Below, piece after piece: positions 39,736-61,516 of a DNA stretch of 64,000 bases. The notes under the pieces were generated by a model that was not told the origin of the DNA, did no database searches, and was given only the letters and a program-made list of their open reading frames with translations. The position numbers and the translations under genes are program-made. The first letter of the stretch is position 1, and each line of letters begins with the position of its first letter. The stretch covers positions 3,286,001 to 3,350,000 of the forward strand of contig OZ218958.1 of assembly GCA_965112735.1 (NCBI GenBank), given 5' to 3'. This DNA is from Phaeosaccion multiseriatum. Taxonomy: Eukaryota; Protista; Ochrophyta, other classes.

Positions 39736-41034
39736 TCAGGGTAGGGAATTATCACGGTGTACCTGAAGCCCCTCGGGGAGGTCTGCAGGCAGTGGGTACC
39801 CCCACCCCACCGTAAGCTTCTTCAGCCCAGCAGGTAGGCTCGGAAGAGGGCAGGAGTATTCAGGACTCAGTGTAAGAGCCTGCAAAGAGGGAGGGAGGTC
39901 CAGGGGGAGGTTAAAGTCAGCCCCCATTTCCACCTCCTCTACACCATTGGGAAGGACCACATGCTGATTGAATCCATCTCCAAAAGTGACCTTCTTCAGC
40001 GAGGAAGGGAGAGCGATTGGCCTGTTGAACTCTGAGTGCCATGAAAACTCCAGCTCCTCCAGAGAGCTTGGTAGCACCAAATCAGCCTGATCGAAGTGTT
40101 CTCCAAAAGTGACCTTCTTCAGCGAGGAAGGGAGAACGATTGGCCTATTGAACTCTGAGTAATGCGAAAACCCTAGCTCCTCCAGAGTGCTTGGTAGCAC
40201 CAAATCAGCCTGATCGAAGAGAATTCCAAAAGTGACCTTCTTCAGCGAGGAAGGGGGATCGATTGGCCTGTTGAACAATGAGTTCCATGCAAACTCCAAC
40301 TCCTCCAGAGAGCTTGGTAGCACCAAATCAGCCTGATCGAAGCGCCGGCCAAAAGTGACCTTCTTCAGTGAGGAAGGAAGACCGATACGCCTGTTGAACC
40401 ACGACAATGGTGGAAACGCCACCTCCTCCACGCCACTCGGCACAACAACGTCGCAAGCATCGAAGAACTGGGAGAAATGCACAAGCTTGACCGAGATTGG
40501 CAACAGTGCCAACACTTTGAGAGCAAGAGCCGCATCAGTTGGAGTCAGGCTATCAGCGCCTAGACGTTGGATGCCGAGGCGCACCGCCCTGACGCGAAAG
40601 GAGCCCGCCATACCATGGTCCGGCTGCCTCGCCCTAACCCTCCCCGACCTTCGAAGCCCTTCCACGGCATGTCTTCCCCTCATGGAGGCGGAAGGAGGGG
40701 AGGAAGCCGCATCAAGGCGTTGAGTCTCCTCGCGCTCCCGCTGCTGCTGCTGCTTCAGCATGCTCAGCACCCGCGACTGGATAGCTTGTGGCATGTCGGC
40801 GTTGATCACCAAAGCGCGGGAAGTAAACTTGTCCACCTCCTTGCATATGCCCCACAGAGCCTTGTTTGAAACACCAACACGACCAGCAACCACCCTCAAT
40901 GCCGCCGGCCCGCTGCTGCTGAGACTGGGGCGCTCTGGCAAATTCCCCCCCGCTCCATCGGTCTTTTGATGACTTTCTTCCACCACGCCGTCCCCCCCCT
41001 TCGTTTCACCTCCCTTCGACGTGCTGCCCTTCAT
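39736..41034 (-). CDS. FNIP-repeat protein, copy B (3 core units)
   Basis: Intact intronless 432-aa paralog of 11264-12667. Confidence 0.88.
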   Translation of the reverse strand: MKGSTSKGGETKGGDGVVEESHQKTDGAGGNLPERPSLSSSGPAALRVVAGRVGVSNKALWGICKEVDKFTSRALVINADMPQAIQSRVLSMLKQQQQREREETQRLDAASSPPSASMRGRHAVEGLRRSGRVRARQPDHGMAGSFRVRAVRLGIQRLGADSLTPTDAALALKVLALLPISVKLVHFSQFFDACDVVVPSGVEEVAFPPLSWFNRRIGLPSSLKKVTFGRRFDQADLVLPSSLEELEFAWNSLFNRPIDPPSSLKKVTFGILFDQADLVLPSTLEELGFSHYSEFNRPIVLPSSLKKVTFGEHFDQADLVLPSSLEELEFSWHSEFNRPIALPSSLKKVTFGDGFNQHVVLPNGVEEVEMGADFNLPLDLPPSLQALTLSPEYSCPLPSLPAGLKKLTVGWGYPLPADLPEGLQVHRDNSLP

Positions 41035-41257
41035 TGTACTCCCTCTCCTTCCCCCTTTCCAGCGTCACTGCGATACTTCACTGTGGTGGGGTGGTGTAGA
41101 CCGACTGATCGGGAATTGGGGGGGATAAAATAGGGGGGAAGAACGTCAAAGGAGCTGACTTGACGTGTTGGTGCTAGATTCGTGGAGGGCTCACAGCTCC
41201 GAGGGCTGGAAGGAAGGGGGGGGGGAAACAATTGACCCTTTTTCTTACGATTCCAAC

Positions 41258-42675
41258 ATGGAGGACATACATGCAAGTATCGCAGCAGTGAGCAGGAAGG
41301 AGGAGGCAGTGGAGCAGGCGTTGAGCGGGCAGGGCAGCTACTTGGGGCTGTGCTTGGGAGGAGCAGCACCAGCAGCGGATGGTGAGAGGGAGGGAGGGAG
41401 GAAGGAGCTGCTGATGCACCTCCAAGCTTTGAGGGAGGAGAAGGCGAAAGAGAAAGCTCACCTGAGGGAAGAGAAGGCTCATGACAGGAACGAGAAGGTT
41501 CGCGAGAGGGAAATGGAGGAAAAGCAGTTCGAGGAGAAGACAAAAGAGAGGATCCTGGAGAGAGAGAAGGAGCTTATCCTCCTCCGTCTCGAAGTGCAAC
41601 CACCAGCAGCCACCAGAGGCCGCAGCTTCCTCCATCAAGGCGCCGACATACAGGAGGGGATAGTAGAGAGAAGGGGGGGCACCAAGCGGCGACGTTCGAC
41701 TTCAGGAAGGGAGGATGGAGATGCCGGAGATGGTGGACGTGCTACAATTCGTCGAGCTTCCCTTCCTGGTCCGGGCGCCTGTGCAAATGCCTTTGGCATG
41801 AGAGAGGTATATGGAAAGGTGATGGAGCTCGTGGGGAAAGGGGGATACGCTTTCGTCGCGACGATGTGCAAGGAGTGGAGGGGGCACTACATCGTTGCGC
41901 ACCCAGCCAAGACAAGCCAAAGGAGTGTAGTTGCCTCCATCGATCGTGTGTACTGGGCCAGGAGGCAGTCGAAACGTTCAGGGCCGCTGCTCAGTATGGA
42001 GATGTGAGCATGTGCAAGGCCCTCCATCACATGGGCTGTCCCTGGGATGAGGATGTGTGCGACGGGGCATCGAGAAACGAGCGGTACAGCCTGCGTGTGC
42101 TCAAGTGGCTGCGCTCAGAGGATTTGGCTGACTCCAAGGAGGGGAAATGCCCGTGGAATGAGGAGGTCTGCCGTGCTGCTGCGCGGAGGGGGGACTTGCA
42201 GCTGCTGGAGTGGCTTCTGTCGGATGACGTGAACGCACCCTTTGATGAGTATGTGTGGCTCTGTGCTATTCATTATGGGCACATCTCTGTGCTGGCATGG
42301 CTGCTGAACAATCCCAAGGTCAGGGCTGAGCTGGACGGAGTGGGGGAGGGGAGTATGTGGAGGAGGGGACCTCATTTGGCTGCTTATTGCAGTCAACCGA
42401 ACACTTTGCGGTGGCTGCACGCCAATGCGCATGGGCTTTGTGATTGGACCCCTGACGTATGCAGATATGCAGTTAAAGACGGCGAGAGCCTGGAAATGCT
42501 GCAGTGGCTCCGCTCAGAAGGGGTGGGCTGTCCGTGGGACGAGAGTGTCTGTCCAGAGACCATCAGGAGAGCGGAGGAGGAAGCAGGTGGACAGTGGGAC
42601 ATCAGGGGAAGTGTCTTTGAGGAGATGAAGCAGTGGGTGCATGCCAATGGGCACCCCTGCGACTGCGAGGACTGA
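41258..42675 (+). pseudogene. Ankyrin-repeat partner, copy B, frameshifted
   Basis: A 16-bp deletion (cggctacgagcttaca in copy A, ca microhomology) near 41968 splits the ORF into 41165-42007 and 41866-42675. Confidence 0.88.
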
Positions 42676-43510
42676 GGAGCCAGAAGCAGTGTACGTGTAT
42701 GGCCTCTCATGGTCGGAGAGCGAGGTGGAGGGGCGCAGCGGCGGACGATCAATGCGGGGCTGTTGGTGCTGTGTTTCCATGTCCGTACACAGCGCCAAAT
42801 CGACTTCATTGTGGGGGAGAGGCGTGCATGGAGCTCCTGCAGCGGAAAGCTCGGGAGGGCACCACTTATTGTACGGGAGCGGCTGGGACACCTCACAGAG
42901 AGCATGGACAGGCCCTTTCACGCCCCAAGGGCGGCGGAGCGGAACCGCCCTCGACTGTTGGACGTGGTGCGGTCATCAGACCAGCGCTTCCTCCCCGCCT
43001 TGTACCTCGGCTGCTTGCTTCCAATGGAGGGGCGTGCGAAGTAGTACGGAGGCCATTGTGTGGGGTCGTCTTGTTCCCCTTAGGCAAGGCGGTGTGCAGA
43101 ATACATTTGTGCATATCGGCGTTGCTGGAGTGGTCCCACCCATCCAGTGGCCGCCCCAAGGCTTCCTCAGTTGGGAGAGCGGGAGGTGTCGGGCAGCGGC
43201 AGACGGTGGCAGCCTTCGTGGACTCTCTCTTGGCCTGGGTGAGTCGAGGCTTGGGCCTGCAGGAGACACTCTGAGAGCAGGCAGGCAGTGATGATAACAA
43301 AGACAGTTCAAGAGGGCACTTTGCTGTCGCACCGCAGCGGAAGGGAGGGGTGGTGGTGGGGGGGGGGGTGGCAGGGTAGGGCTCACTCATGGTTGGAGCA
43401 CTGTAGACGCTCCCACGTGGTACCATTCTAGTAGATTGCTAGGCTGCTGGGGCAGTTGCTTGAGCAGTACGATCAAAACAAATTCACCAAAGAAATGTCT
43501 TGGAAGTATT

Positions 43511-43649
43511 TCAGGGTAGGGAATTATCACGGTGTACCTGAAGCCCCTCGGGGAGGTCTGCAGGCAGCGGGTACCCCATCCCCACCGTAAGCTTCTTCAG
43601 TCCAGCAGGTAGGCTCGGAAGAGGGCAGGAGCAGTGAGAACTCAGTGTA
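43511..43649 (-). pseudogene. 3' remnant of a further FNIP gene
   Basis: Encodes TLSSHCSCPLPSLPAGLKKLTVGMGYPLPADLPEGLQVHRDNSLP*; homology stops abruptly at about 43649. Confidence 0.85.
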
Positions 43650-43891
43650 TGTCAATGACGTGTATCCACGGGGCCGGTGTGCGACAGTTTCGGTTTTCTT
43701 GATCCTAGCTTCTCCCGCCTGAGCGAAACACATTCGTACAGTGCTTTTGTTCTGCTGCTTTTCTCGTTGAGCCTGTGCCTCTGCTTCGCCTGTGGAAGGT
43801 CCTCTCAAGTTGCGTTGGGGCTTCTGCGCTTAATGCATCCTCGCTTCACTGGATAAGAGGCATTTTTTGGGGGCGGGGGGGGAAATCCATC

Positions 43892-56482
<12,591 letters not shown>

Positions 56483-57452
56483 CGAGGGCATGGGAGGGGT
56501 GTAGGGTAGCTCTTTCCGCTTAGATTTTCAGCTTACAGCCATGTTTAATTTTGTTCTAAGCGAGTTGAGTTTGCGAGCGAAGCTCATGGACATGGATCAA
56601 GGGCTGGCTGGGCACACGTCAAGCGGGTGGGCCTGGTTGTAGCTTTGGTATGTGAGCAACGCAATCGTTGCTTCCAGCTCGTTGGCGAGGCCATGTTGAA
56701 GGCTCAAGGCTGACTCAAAAAGGGGAGGGTGTGGGTGGGCAGGAGTGCTGTAGTGGTATAAACCTTTCGGTGGCGTCGTCTCTTGATGCGACGTGAAGCA
56801 GTGTCTGTCTCGCGGCTCCCGAAGCCCATGTCAACGAATGCTGCCGCTTTATGGCGCTTGGCTTGCCGAAGCGAGCGTGCCGATCCAGCCGCTGGATCAC
56901 CAGCCGATGCAGCCTCCTGCACAACCATAGATGGCACTTCAGGGTGTAATACATATATAAACTCCTGCACGCTCGGCTGCTCTTTTTTTTCAATTTCGGC
57001 TGTACGAGCTAGCGAGAGTGACCGCCCAGGGACTCGAAGCAAAAGCGTGTCCGCGTGCCGGCCGTAAGGTCGTCTAAAAGGGTAGAGGATAGAGGAGAGC
57101 ATTGTATAGCGAGGGGGAGTCAAGAAGCAGCTGCAGGCACGGAAAGCGCATGAGCACAACCAACTCCTCCTCACTGTACTCGCTACCCTCCCTCCCGGGG
57201 AAATCGTCGCCTCGCCTCCCCGGGGAAATTTGAATTTGACATCGACATCACTTTCAAACGCTTGGGGCACTTCGCTCAGTTATCCGCCGCGCGCCATTCG
57301 CTCTATCGTACTCCGTCCGGAAGAATCGGGAAGCGGCGAGGTGCGATCCGTTTGGCGAAAGAGCCTCGAGGGGCGCGGACAGCAACAACACGAAGAGCTT
57401 CTGACCTACGACAGGGCGGCGGGCGGCGGGCGGCGTAGGAAGAGGAGGCAGA

Positions 57453-59003
57453 ATGGAGGCGGAACATGGCGAGAGCGCGTGGACGACGGGGAGCGTGGGA
57501 TCGAGCACGGCGGGCTCCGCTCTGCTGTCCTTGGGAGACCCTGCTGCGGCTGCTGCGGCTGCTGTCTCGGAGGGTAGTAGAGTCGCAGTAGCCGTCTTGG
57601 CCATAATGGCGGGAGAAATGTCGAGCAAGGACCTATGGGGCATTCACGGAGACGTTGACGAGGTTACCTCTCGCACTTTGGTCTTCAGGGCCGCTATGCC
57701 GCGTGATACTCAGCAGCGTCTCCTTGACATGCTGAAGCGGCAGCAGCAGCAGCAGCAGAGACCGGATCATGATGCCGGGCTGCCCGGGCAGGAGAGGTCA
57801 TTTCATGTCAAAGCTGTGCGCTTTGACGACTATACCCTGGCTGTGAGTGTGTCGGGAGTGTTGGCCGTGCTACCCCCTTCAGTCAAGCGGGTGGAGCTGC
57901 CTAACGGCTTTAATGAGGCGGACTTGGTGCTACCAAGCTCTCTGGAGGAGCTGAGGTTTTCAGAGGACTCAGAGTTCAACAGGCCAATCGTTCTCCCTTC
58001 CTCGATGAAGAAGGTCACTTTTGGAGAACGCTTCGATCAGGCTGGTTTGGTACTACCAAGCTCTCTGGAGGAGTTGGAGTTTGCACGGGTCTCAAGGTTC
58101 AACAGGCCAATCGCTCTCCCTTCCTCGCTGAAGAAGGTCACTTTTGGAGAACACTTCGATCAGGCTGATTTGGTGCTACCAAGCTCTCTGGAGGAGTTGG
58201 AATTTGCGTGGAACTCATGGTTCAGCAGACCAATCGTTCTCCCCTCCTCCCTGAAGAAGGTTACTTTTGGAAGAGCCTTCGATCAGGCTGATTTGGTGCT
58301 ACCAAGGTCTCTGGAGGAGTTGGAATTTTCAGAGTACTCAGAGTTCAACAGGCCTATCGCTCTTCCTTCCTCCCTGAAGAAGGTCACTTTTGGAGAATAC
58401 TTTCACGCAGATTTGGTGTTACCAAGCTCTCTGGAAGAGCTGAGGTTTTCATACGGTTCATGGTTCAACAGGCCAATCGTTCTCCCTTCCTCGCTGAAGA
58501 AGGTCGCTTTTGGACATGACTTCGATCAGGCTAATTTGGTGTTACCAAGCTCTCTGGAGGAGCTCAAGTTTTCAGAGGACTCAGAGTTCAACATGCCAAT
58601 CGATCTCCCTTCCTCGCTGAAGAAGGTCACTTTAGGAGAATGTTTCGATCAGGCTGATTTGGTGCTACCAAGCTCTCTGGAGGAGCTGGAGTTTTCATGG
58701 AACTCAGTGCTCAACAGGCCAATCGATCTCCCCCCCTCGCTGAAGAAGGTCACTTTTGGAGATAGATTCAATCAGCCTGTGGTCCTTCCCAATGGTGTCG
58801 AGGAGGTGGTCATGGGGGCTGACTTTAACCTCCCCCTGGACCTCCCTCCCTCTCTTCGGGCTCTTGCGCTGAGCTCTGAATACTCCTGCCCTCTTTCGAG
58901 CCTACCTGCTGGGCTGAAGAAGCTTACGGTGGGGGTGGGGTACCCGCTGCCTGCACATCTACCCGAGGGGCTTCAGGTACACCGTGTTCCTTCCCTACCC
59001 TGA
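57453..59003 (+). CDS. FNIP-repeat protein, copy D (7 core units, divergent N-terminus)
   Basis: Intronless 516-aa ORF. Repeats and C-cap are nearly identical in framework to copies A-C, while the N-terminus is only distantly similar (MSSKDLWGIHGDVDEVTSRTLV vs VSNKALWGVCKEVDKFTSRALV). Confidence 0.88.
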   Translation: MEAEHGESAWTTGSVGSSTAGSALLSLGDPAAAAAAAVSEGSRVAVAVLAIMAGEMSSKDLWGIHGDVDEVTSRTLVFRAAMPRDTQQRLLDMLKRQQQQQQRPDHDAGLPGQERSFHVKAVRFDDYTLAVSVSGVLAVLPPSVKRVELPNGFNEADLVLPSSLEELRFSEDSEFNRPIVLPSSMKKVTFGERFDQAGLVLPSSLEELEFARVSRFNRPIALPSSLKKVTFGEHFDQADLVLPSSLEELEFAWNSWFSRPIVLPSSLKKVTFGRAFDQADLVLPRSLEELEFSEYSEFNRPIALPSSLKKVTFGEYFHADLVLPSSLEELRFSYGSWFNRPIVLPSSLKKVAFGHDFDQANLVLPSSLEELKFSEDSEFNMPIDLPSSLKKVTLGECFDQADLVLPSSLEELEFSWNSVLNRPIDLPPSLKKVTFGDRFNQPVVLPNGVEEVVMGADFNLPLDLPPSLRALALSSEYSCPLSSLPAGLKKLTVGVGYPLPAHLPEGLQVHRVPSLP

Positions 59004-59834
59004 AAACTTCTAAGACATTTCTGCGATTTTTCTTTTACTAGCTAGCTACTTTAGCTATTTACCATTTTTTTTTATACCATTTTTTTTTTCTTTACCACGT
59101 GGGAGCGTCTACAGTGCTCCAACCATGAGTGAGCCCTACCCTGCCGCCCCCCCCCCCCACCACCACCCCTCCCTTCCGCTGCGGTGCGACAGCAAAGTGC
59201 CCTCTTGAACTGTCTTTGTTATCATCACTGCCTGCCTGCTCTCAGAGTGTCTGCCTGCAGGCCCAAGCCTCGACTCACCCAGGCCAAGAGAGAGTCCACG
59301 AAGGCTGCCACCGTCTGCCGCTGCCCGACACCTCCCGCTCTCCCAACTGAGGAAGCCTTGGGGCGGCCACTGGATGGGTGGGACCACTCCAGCAACGCCG
59401 ACATGCACAAATGTATTCTGCACACCGCCTTGCCTAAGGGGAACAAGACGACCCCACACAATGGCCTCCGTACTACTTCGCACGCCCCTCCATTGGAAGC
59501 AAGCAGCCGAGGTACAAGGCGGGGAGGAAGCGCTGGTCTGATGACCGCACCACGTCCAACTGTCGAGGGCGGTTCCGCTCCGCCGCGTGAAAGGGCCTGT
59601 CCATGCTCTCTGTGAGGTGTCCCAGCCGCTCCCGTACACTGAGTGGGGCCCTCCCGAGCTTTCCGCTGCAGGAGCTCCATGCACGCCTCTCCCCCACAAT
59701 GAAGTCGATTTGGCGCTGTGTACGGACATGAAAACACAGCACCAACTGCTCCACATTGATCGTCCGCCGCTGAGTCCCTCCACCTCGCTCTCCGAGCATG
59801 AGAGGCCATACACACATACACTGCTTCTGGCTCA

Positions 59835-61268
59835 TCAGTCCTCGCAGTCGCAGGGGTGCCCATTGGCATGGACCCACTGCTTCATCTCCTCAAAGACACT
59901 TCCCCTGATGTCCCACTGTCCACCTGCTTCCTCCTCCGCTCTCCTGATGGCCTCTGGACAGACACTCTCGTCCCACGGACAGCCCACCTCTTCTGCGCGG
60001 AGCCACTGCAGCATTTCCAGGCTCTTGCTTTCTTTAACTGCATCTCTGCATACGTCAGGGGTCCAATCACAAAGCCCATGCGCATTGGCGTGCAGCCACC
60101 GCAAAGTGTTCGGTTGACTGCAATAAGCAGCAATCCGAGGTCCCCTCCTCCACCAACTGCCCTCCTCCGCTCCGTCCAGCTTAGCCCTGACCTTGGGAAT
60201 GTTCAGCAGCCATGCCAGCGCAGAGATGTGCTCATAGTCAATAGCACAGAGCCACACATACTCATCAAAGGGGGCGTTCACGTCATCCGACAGAAGCCAC
60301 TCCAGCAGTTTCAAGTCCCCCCTCCGCGCAGCAGCATCGCAGACCTCCTCATTCCACGGGCATTTCCCCTCCTTGGCGTCAGCCGAGTCCTCTGAGCGCA
60401 GCCACTTGAGCACACGCAGGCTGTACCGCTCGTTCAAAGCTGCAGAGCGGCACACCGCCTCGCTCCAGGCACAGCCCATGTGATGGAGGGCCTTGCACAT
60501 GCTCACATCTCCATACTGAGCAGCGGCAATGAACGTTTCGACTGTCAGCTCGTAGCCGTGCCTCCTGGCCCAGTACACACGATCGATGGAGGCAACTACA
60601 CTCCTTTGGCTTGTCTTGGCTGCGTGTTCCACGATGTAGTGCCCCCTCCACTCCTTGCACACCGTCGCCACGAAAGCATACTCTCCCTTTCCCACGAGAT
60701 CCATCACCTTTCCATATACCTCTCTCATGCCAAAGGCATTTGCACAGGCGCCCGGACCAGGAAGGGAAGCTCGGCGAAAGGCAGCACGTCCACCATCTCC
60801 GCCATCTCCATCCTCCCTTCCTGAAGTCGAACGTCGCCGCTTGGTGCCCCCCCTTCTCTCTACTATCCCCTCCTGTATGTCGGCGCCTTGATGGAGGAAG
60901 CTGCGGCCTCTGGTGGCTGCTGGTGGTTGCACTTCGAGGCGGAGGAGGATAAGCTCCTTCTCTCTCTCCAGGATCCTCTCTTTTGTCTTCTCCTCGAACC
61001 GCTTTTCCTCCATTTCCCTCTCGCGAACCTTCTCGTCCCTCTCGTGAGCCTTCTCTTCCCTCAGGTGAGCTTTCTCTTTCGCCTTCTCCTCCCTCAAAGC
61101 TTGGAGGTGCATCAGCAGCTCCTTCCTCACTCCCTCCCTCTCACCATCCGCTGCTGGTGCTGCTCCTCCCAAGCACAGCCCCAAGTAGCTGCCCTGCCCG
61201 CTCAACGCCTGCTCCACTGCCTCCTCCTTCCTGCTCACTGCTGCGATACTTGCATGTATGTCCTCCAT
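59835..61268 (-). CDS. Coiled-coil + F-box-like + CPW-type ankyrin-repeat protein, copy C
   Basis: Intact 477-aa paralog starting MEDIHASI and ending GHPCDCED*. Confidence 0.85.
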   Translation of the reverse strand: MEDIHASIAAVSRKEEAVEQALSGQGSYLGLCLGGAAPAADGEREGVRKELLMHLQALREEKAKEKAHLREEKAHERDEKVREREMEEKRFEEKTKERILEREKELILLRLEVQPPAATRGRSFLHQGADIQEGIVERRGGTKRRRSTSGREDGDGGDGGRAAFRRASLPGPGACANAFGMREVYGKVMDLVGKGEYAFVATVCKEWRGHYIVEHAAKTSQRSVVASIDRVYWARRHGYELTVETFIAAAQYGDVSMCKALHHMGCAWSEAVCRSAALNERYSLRVLKWLRSEDSADAKEGKCPWNEEVCDAAARRGDLKLLEWLLSDDVNAPFDEYVWLCAIDYEHISALAWLLNIPKVRAKLDGAEEGSWWRRGPRIAAYCSQPNTLRWLHANAHGLCDWTPDVCRDAVKESKSLEMLQWLRAEEVGCPWDESVCPEAIRRAEEEAGGQWDIRGSVFEEMKQWVHANGHPCDCED

Positions 61269-61516
61269 GTTGGAATCGTAAGAGAAGCAGAGGTGGGAAT
61301 CGAAAGGAAGAGGAAGAGGCCGATTATTGCCCCCCCCCCTCTTCTCGCCCTCGGAGCTGTGAGCCCTCGACGATTCCAGCACCAACACGTCAAGTCAAAA
61401 TTCCTTTATCTCCATCCTACAACTGTAATGGTGTAATATATATTTATCCTGCCCCCCCCGATTCCCGATCAGTGGTCTACACCACGCTGGAAAGGGGGAA
61501 GGAGAGAGAGAGTACA

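Larger units (their letters stand above)
39045..43649. mobile_element. FNIP/ankyrin cassette, copy B, with about 500-bp direct repeats
   Basis: Inverted homolog of about 58880-64000. 39378-39872 is repeated directly at 43143-43649 (period about 3.77 kb). The true left end is not defined because copy C leaves the window. Confidence 0.6.

Noticed and set aside
39378-43649. LTR retrotransposon or Helitron identity for cassette B
   Set aside because: The direct repeats include FNIP coding sequence and lack TG..CA ends or a PBS; there is no gag/pol or RepHel; the CTAG near 39660 has only a weak hairpin.
56704-57270. 188-aa minus-strand ORF divergent from FNIP-D as an alternative partner
   Set aside because: No recognisable motifs, no similarity to the ankyrin partner and a non-coding-like composition.
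60983-61516. N-terminal extension of the 772-aa ORF
   Set aside because: It is the antisense of the ankyrin gene plus the promoter, and the same frame is closed in copies A and B. The true start is 61517.
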